From Phoronis australis (taxonomy: Eukaryota > Animalia > Phoronida), in contig NMRA01000185.1 in assembly GCA_002633005.1 (NCBI GenBank), forward strand, positions 138,402 to 202,401: DNA of 64,000 nt. The letters are read 5' to 3'. Positions 23,762-35,700 of this stretch are shown in pieces; position 1 is the stretch's first letter; each line of letters starts with the position of its first letter. The notes under the pieces are model-generated. The model had not been told where the DNA came from, ran no database searches, and worked only from the letters and a program-made list of their open reading frames with translations. The position numbers and the translations under genes are program-made.

Positions 23762-26700
23762 GTAAGTGTATATTTACATATAATTGAATGACATTGCTGA
23801 AATTCTGCAAAATATTTAAGTCAAAATAAACCGGCGTTTTGCCCCGTGCCTGGTAAGTTCTGCTTCGCTGCCGCTGGGACATAACAAGCATGGCGAATTG
23901 TAACGCTGTTTCCTGTTTCGACATCCGCCAACGAGAGCAACCCTTGAGAATTTAATCTTGCTGAAGTTCAAACGGACGTTGAATTCTCCATTTACTTTAA
24001 TTCTGAATTGCGAACTCATGTGCATGAAATGTGAACAGAACAGAAGATGATTATTTTATATTAATCCAGCTCAGGTGTGTTTTAAACTACTATAATTAAA
24101 GGTCGCACATTCCACATTTCGTCAAATTTCTTTTGAAAACCGCCGTGTGCAAAAAATGCAAGAGCCAGCACATGCGACGGTATCAGCCACGTGCCCATCC
24201 AAAGCACTGTATGAAGTAGACTAACTGTCCCACTAGGGATGTGACAAAAAAATTCAACTACTTATTTAATATTTAAAAATACAAGAACATCAATAACTAA
24301 TTCAAACAAAAAAAAATCCGTTAAGCCGTTGACTTTTTATGAACGTTTGAGGAGCGATAATTAGCCCTTTATTTTAGTCCACTGAATTCGTGGAAATAAA
24401 GGCGCATTTATGTGACCCAAAATTAGTTTTTCACAATAACTTTCCTGAATGAAAAACTCAACAAAAACACTACTGTCATATGGAATTGGCAAACTGTGGG
24501 TTTGTTTCATAAAAAACAGTAAAACGTGGAAATATTTGAAGAAAACCTAGCCAAAAATCGCACTTTAAACATTATCAAATAATTCGGATTTTGAGCCAAT
24601 CAAATCTCTAGGGTTTGGTCATGTGACCAAAATTCGCTGGCCAAAAATTACCTATACTAAGCCTTACAAAGTCATAGATATTCAAAAAATAGAAATGAAA
24701 ATGTATGGAACGTCACCCAAGTTGATCAATTCCGCTATTAATTTACATAAATTAGTCAATATACCTATTTTAAGAGCAATTGTTAACCATAAACTGCCAT
24801 GCTGACGCTGATCAGTTATGGCTGGTCGGCGAGAATGCCTGCCTCGGCCCGGGTCTTAACTTTCACGGATTTAGCACATCATATGAATTGAATGAAATGA
24901 AATTTGGTGAGCAGTTGCAAGAGATATAAAAAGAGAATGAAGNAAAGTCTTGCTTTTAACCTAGGTCCTAGCGTTACTGAACGGGAGGCAAGTGTGTTTT
25001 AAGCTATTATACACCGGTGACCTAAAGTCGTGAATATAAGCATAATAAGCAGTTGATTGTCATACTACCCAATGTTCGTTCGCAACTACTCATGTGATGT
25101 CATGGACATGTATCAGCCTTCACAAATATACGTGTTTTGACAATCTTAATCCTTGTTTGTATCCGTAAGAAGAGTTTCAAAACGGTCGCTGATATCGCCC
25201 GCCATTTTGAATGAGGCCCTAAAGTCGTGAACGTTTCGTTTAGACGGAAATGCACGAAGTAAGACGTTTTCAATGAGGTTGTTCACGTAAAACGCTAAGA
25301 ACCCAGCATCAGTTATCGTTCTGTATTGTATTGTTTTGGCCTTACAAAACTTGATCGACCCTGGGACATTTTGATACATTGTTCAAGCTACCCCTGGAGC
25401 GCGTGTTTGAGTAAATCTAAGCGATAAATATTTTTGAAAATATAGCACAAATATGCACAAAAAAGTGAATTAGTGAAATATGCTGTTTTTAAGATACATT
25501 TGAAAAAAGAAGCCACTCACTCACTGTTTGTTAACATATTGTGAATACGAACACGTCCGGGTATTCGTTTGACGTTCGTAAGCAGACGAACGCTGGAAAC
25601 TTCAACGCCAGATGTCGCAGGATGGCGCAGAAGAGGAAATAAGATCGTTCACGACTTTAGGGCACTGACGACTTTAGGACCTCTGACAGTATAAAGGTCG
25701 CACATTCCTCATTTCGTCAAATTTCTTTGAAAACCGCTGTGTGCAAAAACTGAAAGAGCCAGCACATGGGACGGTATCAGCCACGTGCCCATCCAAAGCA
25801 CTGTATGAAGTATACTAACTGTCCCACTAGGGATGTGACAAAAAAATTCAAATACTTAATATTTAAAAATACATAGATTTAAAAGAACATCAATAACAAA
25901 TTCAAACCAAAAAAAATCTGTTAAGCCGCTGACTTTTTATGGACGCTTGAGGAGCAATAATTAGCCCCTTATTTTTAGTCCACTGAATACATGGAAGTAA
26001 AGGCACATTTATGTGACCCAAAATTAGTTTTTCACAATAACTTTCCTGAATGAAAAACTCAACAAAAACACTACTGTCATATGGAATTGGCAAACTGTGG
26101 GTTTGTTTCATAAAAAACGGTAAAACGTGGAAATATTTGAAGAAAACCTAGCCAAAAATCGCACTTTAAACATTATCAAATAATTCGGATTTTGAGCCAA
26201 TCAAATCTCTAGGGTTTGGTCATGTGACCAAAATTCGCTGGCCAAAAATTACCTATACTAAGCCTTACAAAGTCATAGATATTCAAAAAATAGAAATGAA
26301 AATGTATGGAACGTCACCCAAGTTGATCAATTCCGCTATTAATTTACATAAACTAGTCAATGTACCTATTTTAAGAGCAATTGTTAACCATAAACTGCCA
26401 TGCTGACGCTGATCAGTTATGGCTGGTCGGCGAGAATGCCTGCCTCGGCCCGGGTCTTAACTTTCACGGATTTAGCACATCATATGAATTGAATGAAATG
26501 AAATTTGGTGAGCAGTTGCAAGAGATATAAAAAGAGAATGAAGAGCTCATTTTGTAAGAATAAATGCCTTACCTTTCAAAATACAAGCAGTTAAACAGGA
26601 GCGAAAATTTTCCCAACTTCTCACCAGTCACATGCTTTAACAAAAAGGAAAACTCAAAAAAAATGTTGTATGCCCAGAAGACTTTACGGTCTACGTCATC

Positions 26701-29700
26701 AATAATGTGGTTCCGTGTTTTCTTGGTTTCTGGAGGACACAGAGTGAAAACATTACAGCTACCGTGAAACAATGGCGGTCTAATCAGTAATTGCCATTAC
26801 ACAGCATCTGGAAAAGCCAATCAGCGGTGAGATAAGACTTTGTCACGTCGCTATAACTGTCCCACTAATATACTGTCGTAGCTTGGTTAATTTTTAACCC
26901 GGAATTGTAATTGTAATACTCTCATAATCAGGTAACGTATGTGCAGAAGATGTTTAGTGCTGGTCTCCAGTCATTTTTTAACTCTTCAGTCAACTTAAAA
27001 GTTGATTTTTTGGAGCTTGCAGTGACAGCAAGCTCTTTTGGGGATGTCAGCATCAAGACTGTTGATGATTTCCTTTGATAAAAAAGTACAGAAAATGTTT
27101 TACCCAGCATTTGGCACTAGAGACTAGAAACATCCCAAGCACAGATCAAGCAGGGATTGAAATTTTCCTCTTAAAAGAACACTTCCTGTTCTTTGGTTTC
27201 AATTTCCTCATATTTGATTTTCAGTGTCATCTTTTGTGTTTCTGTTTTATCATTGTTTTGACTTCAAAAACGTTTATTTCATTTAAATTTTACGACACTA
27301 AGTGGTTTATCACACGAGCCTATTTGTTTGTGGAACGATGCATCACCTGGAAAATTTTCCTCTTTTTGCAATTGGTCATTCCAAGCCCTGATCAAGCCTC
27401 AACAACTAGCCAAATACCACCTATCGAAATTCCCAGGTGGCCTAATTGGAAATGAGCACACAAAGTAGGACTCACAACTGTAATTTGAGCACACCCTTGA
27501 ATGTGGTTGAAAGTGTCTTGATTTCACGAAATCAATGAATTTTGAAACAAAGGTATTGTATTTGGGACAGATGTTGTGATTTTGGAAGTCACCACAAATT
27601 GAATTACAGGTGAATATATACCTACCTACCTGGCTACATTTTCTAAACTTGGTTGAAACTCGCAAAAATTTGGTGACATCGTGGCAACTTTGACTTTTTA
27701 CCAGGTCGCCAAACAGAATCTGAGGTCGCATTGGAAAGCTGAAGGTCGTCAAATTGATCCCCTGTATTTATTAAACTTTTCCAAAATATAAGGACTAACT
27801 GGTTGATCTCAATTGTGAGCTTTACGTAATCATAGCAACAGAATTTGGTGGATATGTGAAGGCAATTTTTAAACTGGACAGTCAGCGATGTCCAACTGAA
27901 CTCTGTGCTGAAAAGATGCCATCTTCAACATTCATACCGTACAAGACCAAAGTAATCAGACAAAATACACTGCAAGACAAAAGCAATCAAACAAAATACC
28001 TTTTTGCCTGTCATAACAGCTAATTCTGTTAACAATAAAAGTACTGGTAATAGCTATTAGGGTGGCAAATTATGATTACGGAATGGTCATGCGAGAACAC
28101 CAACTCTGATTTTGGTCCAGCTGTCATGACAAGGAATTGTGGGTAATTTCGTTTGAATACTTTTGACGTGTACTGTATGTGCTTCTGTGGATCATTTGTC
28201 TTCACTTTGGAGGACTTTCTGTTTTATTTGCACATTTTCCATTGGCCATTTGATTTGCCTAAGTGACACTTCTCAGAAAGTTTCTCCAGCTCCTGTTTTA
28301 GACAGGTGGCCATTTTATCATATCTGTTATGTGTTTCAGTCATCCCACGTCATCATGTTCCATAGCCGAGATCATGTCTGTGTTGTTTTTCGACACCATG
28401 CGATACAAAGTGTCCAACCCTAAAGACCCCTCTAGTGACAGGCTTGTGTTGTCAAAGGTTAGTGTTATATAAGAGTATGGTGCTGTGCAGTCTCAATATG
28501 CAAGCACCTAGTGTAGATTTAATTACAACTCTTGTGTAAATTTCAAAAAGAAAAAATTCTCCTCCAGTTGTGGTCGTTGTCATGGACATTGTATTGTGTT
28601 ATTGCCTTTTGCAGTGTATTAAAAATGGAGGCTTTATTGACACTTACTGAGACTGTGGTTGACCTCAAACTGCTATTCTATGCTACTAGACATTTATTTT
28701 ACGCACGATCTCTTTTTCTCAGAGTTTAAGAGCTAAAACCCCGCCTTGTCTTCCTCTGAAGGCGAAGTGACAGGCAGGGTGGGGTCTCATCACATTTTTG
28801 AGACTGATCTAATATTTTTCCATGTGGCGACAACAATCACATATTCGGTGACAAATGTATTTTTACCGGTATTTTTCGACAAGTATTTGCTCGTTGCTGA
28901 AGTCGTATACTCCCTGATATTGGCTGATGATAAATCATCTTTAGTTTGATATCTTTTTGATCATTGCTTATGTAGTATTTTTCCTGGAAAGCCTCTTTTG
29001 ATTAATGAGCATTGTTCATTGATAAGTTGTCTCAATTGATGGGCAACCTTGCATGAAAAATAGTGTCAACCGTTTATTATTCTTATGAACCATTTATATC
29101 ATCATAGCCTACAGGTGAATTGCTAGAAATGGATGATATGAATTTAAAAAAATATTTTATGATTAGCCAATTCAAGTGCCTAGGGCAAAAAGCTTAATGT
29201 TTAGGATGTGTTATGTAGCTGGCTACTGAGACTGAGCTGAGAATTAATGAAGAATATGTTGAAGCTGTGATGTGTCATGTTTCGCTTTACATTTTATTGA
29301 TTGACAGGGTCACGCATGTCCCGCTCTGTACGGAGCCTGGGTGGAGGCGGGGCTTATTTCTCCAGAGGAGAACAAGCGACTCAGAAAGATTGACAGTGAC
29401 CTCGAAGGTCATCCCACCCCGGTAGGTAAAGCAGGGAGAGAAATTTGATTATGATGCACTGAGTGTTGATAATGAAACTCAGAATTACTCATGGCTTATT
29501 TCCTACATATTCGGTAAAGTGTCTTAGAATTAGAACACAACATGGTGAAACAGTAAAGTTTTATTTCATCATAAATTTCAATAAGAGTAAACATGAGGAC
29601 GTCAAGTTTACTTGGTTATTTGAAAATTTCATACAGTACTGCTGTCATCAACAAACACTCAAAAATTTTTTCAATTCTTTTGGCAATATTGTGATTGTTT

Positions 29701-32700
29701 GAAAAATGAAAAATGAGTTTTGGCCATTATTTATGTTTGAATTTGAATAAAAAACATTTGCCGTAGGTGGAGTTTTAAAAGAACACTAAATGAGGCAGAG
29801 AATCTTCAGTCAATTACACAATCTGACATGAATGTGAAATTTAAGGTTGCCAAATTTCTCATTAACAAACAACAAAAAGTAAACTTTGTTGTCATTGTTG
29901 ACACAAACCATTTTCCATGTGAAGCACGCTACTGGCGAATTTCAGACTGCAAGTTTTGCGCATCTCATTATCCATGGTTCATTACACGCCCAGTATCAAA
30001 AAGTTGTGAATTACTTATAGACTGTGCTCGGGTTATCAAGTCAGATATCTGCCAAAATGATACGGAAGCACTTTCTGTTTGCTGGCTACTCATCAGAATA
30101 GCCCCAGCTGTTCAGTGAATGCATTCTCCCTCGCTGCGTGAATATTTTTTCTCTTTAATTTTTTGACCACCAGGCATTATAGACTTCAACACTCCCTGGA
30201 TGAGGTACTTTCTTGGTACAGTGTGGCGTGAAGCTGAACACATGACATCAACAAGATTTCCACATATTAGTATGAGGGTGTTACCCACTTGTAAACAGCT
30301 GATGTGTAACTGTTTCCACACAAATTAAAAGGGCATTGCATCAAGGTCATCCACAAAAGGACGTTTAAGAGTCAAAACTTTGACTTGATAAAAATTCTCT
30401 AGCTGGTCGACAAATGGGGGTGACTTATAGTACTGCAAAACAAAAACTATTTTGTTAAGGTAGGTGTATACACTGATCAAATCTCCAGGTTCCTAACTAA
30501 AATGAGTAAAAAGGGAGTTTTAACTAGTTAGACATGACTCTGAAAGTGACAAAAATCGAAAAAAAATGTTTTTTTTGTAGTTCGTTTATTTAAAAAATCG
30601 TATTTTTTAATTTTTAAAAAATCCAATTTTACCTCGATTTTTTTTTCAAAATGCACAGGGATCATCGTCAACTATTTCCTTACGCAATATTCTACTTATC
30701 CATACCAAATATATGTACAAAATCATTATGATCTTGATTTTGTGACATTTTTTGTGTGTGAGTTGGGGCAAGCACGCCACTTTTTGTCATTTGGTCACTT
30801 TCCGTCTAATAACTAAAAATCTGGTCCATTTATCAAAAAATCCTGGCACGCGATTTTACTTCAGTCCAAGAGGATTTCAAATTTGCAACTTTCGTTAAAA
30901 TTGACCCACGTGTTGTGGAAAAATAGGCCCGAGAATCGTGTCACTATCCTGAAATCACGAGCCGAGAAAAACGGCTTTGAAGTTAAGCGGTCATCGATTG
31001 CCACTTGAGATCAAATTTCGTTCAGAATGCGTGGTCATTATGTTCCAATTTTTGTTGAAGTACTAGAAATAAAGCTGATATTTACTTCATATTTAGAAAA
31101 TGTGACATACCTGTTTGTTTACAGCGTAATTTTAATCATTTTTTCGAACTTGTGAAGCACGACAGACGACCAAAACAAATATGGCTGTCACGTGGGCGGA
31201 GCTTAGCGTTGATCTATTGTCTGCTGTACTGGTGTGCCGACCACCATGTGTTGATTGTTTATACGATTCATCTGAACTCTCCACTCAGTTTGTAAAAGAC
31301 TCTCTAACTATATTACACAGACCTATTTGTTAGTATTCCAATATTATCATCAACCAATATATGTGTTATATCAAATCGCCGCGTTACTGCCTACATAACA
31401 ATATTGGCGACGAGGATAAAGAACTACTTTCATAGTAATGGTTCAACATTTTTACGTGCCTGTACCGAATGGACTTTGGGATAAGAAAATATCACTTTCT
31501 GCGCAAATAGCGCCGCTTGGGTGAGATTCTCAAGTTACTAAAGTTTCTTATATTGCTTTCCTCTAAAATCGTATAATATCATGAGTTTTAATTCAGGGTT
31601 ACGTTTGAATCTATGCACTAGAAAATTTTTTGTTATGTTGAACACTGGGTCATTTCTCTAATTCTTTGGGTTACGGCCAGTGGCAAGTTAAAAATCCTCT
31701 GGGTTTGACAGCCTAGTTTCTCCACGGCACGTTCCCAGCACAGAAGCACGGTTTATCTGCGAAGACTCTACTCTGACGGCATGTAGTTGTCCATGTGTCG
31801 CGCGCGCGGCTTGTCTTCACAGCGCGTGTATGCACTCTCACCGAATCGTGCAACACCACCCACGTCGACACTCAGCGTCCTCTCGCAAGACAACTGACCT
31901 TATATTACCGACTTCTCTTATACATGCACAATTTCTGCACGGACTCGATCCTCAAGCTGAGTAGGGCTTGGCGTACTCAACTTAATTTTTTTGCAGATAG
32001 ACAAACAGGCTCAGGCTCGGAACAGGAGCTAGTTCACCATTTCACTACTAACTTTCACATGGTCACAACACCAATATCAGCTGGTACATCACTCTCGATT
32101 GCCCGGTTACGCAATGCTTGTTGACAGGGTTAGATTAGAGCTAGTGTCCTTGTATATAAGCTCCGCCCCAGTTGTCAATCACTGAGCTGGTGAGCACTCA
32201 AGCCATACGACTTACTGAGGCTTGGTCAAATATAGCTAAAAAAACAACTTTGGATTTTCAGAATGATTTTATTTTTCTTCAGTATACTGTGCATCAAGAA
32301 TTAAAGATTAGGATGATATGAAAATGTAAAAAACAGTCAAAATTAATTTTTTTGTGTATCCACCTACCTTAACTTCAAAAGCTCTTTTATCAAATCCAGA
32401 TCTTCGACCTCTTCTGTCATGCTTTGCAATTTTCAACCTTGATCTGAAAATACTTTTTAAGTATTTTCAGATCAATTAAAATTTATAACGCATCGTGCAC
32501 CTGCTCACTGCTCTAGTAGTTTTCTCCCCTTTTTCTTCAGCGTCTCAATTTCATTGATGTGTCGACAGGCTCTCTGGGTCAGGGTCTGAGTGTTGCGGCT
32601 GGTATGGCTTATGTTGGCAAATACTTTGACAAGGCAAGGTAAGGTATCATTAGAATCATGGTTCAAATTTGTGCTTCTTGATGTGTTGATCGGATGAAGG

Positions 32701-35700
32701 TGTCTCAATTTGAACAGCTGTAAAACTGGAATTATATTTTGTGCGCTCCTCTAAGTTCACAGTTCGTTCAGTGTAAACCGGATATTGCAAATCCTAGTAG
32801 CAAAGCTTAATTTTTCCACCTAGTGGAGAGATAAGCTGGGAGTGTGTTCACGTATGACTGGGCATCTGTGAATGAATGACATGGGTGAAGACACCATGTC
32901 AACTGGATATGCCATGAATGAGTGATGAATTACAAGAGTCAAAGTCGTTACAGTATGTACTTGTGGCATATTTGATGTGATCTTGAGGCTAAATCGAAAT
33001 CTCATTGGAAATTTCTTGGATTTTGTTGTCATTCCGTCAGTTAGCACAGAACATTGTAACATGGTCTTGCTTAAGTCATGAGGTTCACAATCGCATCGAT
33101 CTTTAAAACTGTATTAAAGCATGTTGTTACATAATAACAATGTGCTCCTTCAGCCACCAGCTTCATTGATTGCATGATATTGTTTGTGTGTTTAGTTACC
33201 GTGTCTACTGTATCGTTGGTGATGGTGAGAGCGCCGAGGGGTCCATCTGGGAGGCCCTTCACTTTGCCAGCTACTACAAACTGGACAACCTGGTACTCAT
33301 CATCGACTGTAACCGTCTGGGTCAGAGTGAGGCGACATCTCTGGGTCATGACTGTGACGTCTATAAGAATAGACTGCAGAGTTTTGGGTATGGTCTAGTG
33401 GTACACTGAAGTAAGCCAGTGGAAGTGTTTGTGTAATGTCATTTTATGCTGTTGTATCAGAGCTCGTAGTTTTGTATTAGATTGGCATCACCTGTTGTAT
33501 GAAATTCTAGCTTTTACACTGGGTAATGATGGCTTTAAATATAGAACTAGGGTTGTTTTACGACTAGTAGTTATGAGAACGTGTAATGAATGTAAACTGT
33601 AGGAGCTAGTATAAAATGAATATTGATATAAAATGGTATCTAAAGCTCAATGTTTTGAGTACTGCAGCTGTTTCTAAAGGAATGTGACAGGCGGTAAGGT
33701 CAAGGTCACACGTACTATTCGTGTATTACGAGTATTACAAGTTGTTCATTGACGTGTAATATTTTAAAATAATGATTGCAGTGGTTTAGCACACGTTGTA
33801 CTAGAGACGTGCTCGCGCTTTTAAAACAGTTTTACATCATTTTTTATTTTATTCAGTTTTACTTGATTTAGTTATCGTTGGTATCTGCACTGGTTTTTAA
33901 CATCTTGTAATCAATTTATTGTTCTCTGCACCAGGTGGAACTCGTTTGTCGTGGACGGTCACGACGTGGTGGCTCTTGACAAGGCCTTCTATGAAGCGTC
34001 AGCGACTAAGGGCAAACCAACCTGCTTGGTGGCCAAAACATTCAAAGGGCGAGGCATCCTAGGTAAGTATAATGGACGAGATCTCGGGGTCAACTTTCTA
34101 AAAGTTACCAGTGTTTTGAGTAAACAGATAGCTGTACTAGTTGTCGACTAAATTTTTCCAAGAAAAGTGGCAGACTGTCTATCATCAGGGTGTTGGGACA
34201 AATGAAGAACATCTGTGGATAACGTTTCAAAATTTCAAACCTCGTTAACAATGCAGTTCTATGCACTAACAGCGTTTCAGTTGAGCCCAAGTGGTTCTCT
34301 TGTATTTTGAAGCCAATCGGTAAGAAGAACTTGGAGAGTTGAATTACGATGGATTACACTGAACATTACGAATGAAGAAGTAAGTAAGAGATATCGGAAT
34401 GGTCGAACCCATCGTAAGATGGGGACCCATGAATAACTTGGCAAAGTAAACGGAAATGAAAGAGAAAGTAGACACCAAAGGTGCAGGACTTGGAAATGAA
34501 CAATATAAGCATGTATAGTTTGATCTGGCACGCCCGCATAAAACGGGAGTAATGAATAAAACAAAAGGGAATTGTAAACTGAAGTAAGCACCCAAGGTGT
34601 TACAGATAGACTGGTCCGAATGGCCGGACCAAGCCGTATGAAGAGTAACTGAAGTAGGCACCCAAGGTGCTACCAGATAGAGTAGTCCGTGTAGGTGGAC
34701 CACTGTATTGACGTAGTAAACTGAAGTAAACACCCAGTAGGTTACCAGATAGTCGTACCTGAAAGTAGTAATGCAATATATGATTAATGAAAAAAAAGAT
34801 GGGAAAAGGGACCGAGGAATGGGGCAGTGAGATAATAACATGTATACGGAAAATATACCAGGAATTAACTGGGAGTATGCAATAAGGGACAATTACGAAA
34901 GGAGACCCAAGCGGCGGAGGTGATGGCCGAAAGCGAAGCGGACGCTAAGAGCTTGTTTGCGGATGCCTGAAGGGTTGAGGTGAAGGAGGTCAGGGCGGTA
35001 AAGGTGTAAAGGATCCTGCCAGAACCCGCCCCTATGGGTCCAAAGGAAGACTGTGGGATGGTCGGCGAGGAGGCATTTGAGGTGAAAGTTAAGGGATTGG
35101 CAACGGGTATTAAAAGTGCCGTCATCGTGGAAACGTAGGAACACCATGCCGATGATGACTGACTGCACAGAAGGGTAAGACTGGATGATAGACTCGGAAA
35201 ACGAAATTAGGTCATGGGCCAGAGACAAAGGGTGAGACTGGGGATGAGACAGGTCGTTTCCGGCGATCTGTAGGAACACTAAAGTGGCCGAGAATTCGGC
35301 GATGGCTGGGGTTAAATGGCGAACAGAACGAGGGCCAGGGGCGAGGGTGGCCCCGGACAACCCTAAGGAGTTGATGGAGACAGAGGACGCGTGGAAACCC
35401 AGATTGGTCAGACCCTGGTCGGTCGCCGCAGGCGAATTAAGATAGGCGTCCAGCCAACGCACGTAAGAACTGCCCAAAATCAAACAACTAGGTGGCATAT
35501 TTAGTCCAGAACAAGCAGGAAACAAGGTACAGTACCTTAATGATGTGAAGAGACGGAGAGTGCTGAAACTTCAAAGAGAAATTGAGTGAAAAATGAAAGT
35601 TGGAGAGAATTGTGGACGATGGCCCAGTGTTGCAACAAGACAAAGAGATCACGTGGTACAATTAAACCAATAATCGTAAAACAAAGAGGGTCACTGACCT

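Noticed and set aside
24623-26406. Duplicated 60-aa gene (24623..24805 and 26224..26406)
   Set aside because: GTG-start ORF in AT-rich repeat sequence, duplicated only by the N-associated repeat; no recognisable motif
26900-27950. Possible decayed transposase in TKT intron 1
   Set aside because: Coding-like fragments on the minus strand, but no motif I could assign and no matching TIR found
34575-34770. CRISPR-like geometry (36-nt hairpin repeat plus ~35-nt spacer)
   Set aside because: The 'spacers' are homologous to each other, there are only three repeats, no cas genes, and the context is a eukaryotic intron
34575-34770. Hammerhead ribozyme (CTGAAG followed by a stem)
   Set aside because: Core reads CUGAAGUA rather than CUGANGA, and there is no GAAA after stem II on either strand
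34344-34892. 182-aa ORF directly downstream of the SGNH ORF
   Set aside because: Non-ATG start, low-complexity composition from strand bias, runs through the hairpin repeats, no recognisable motif
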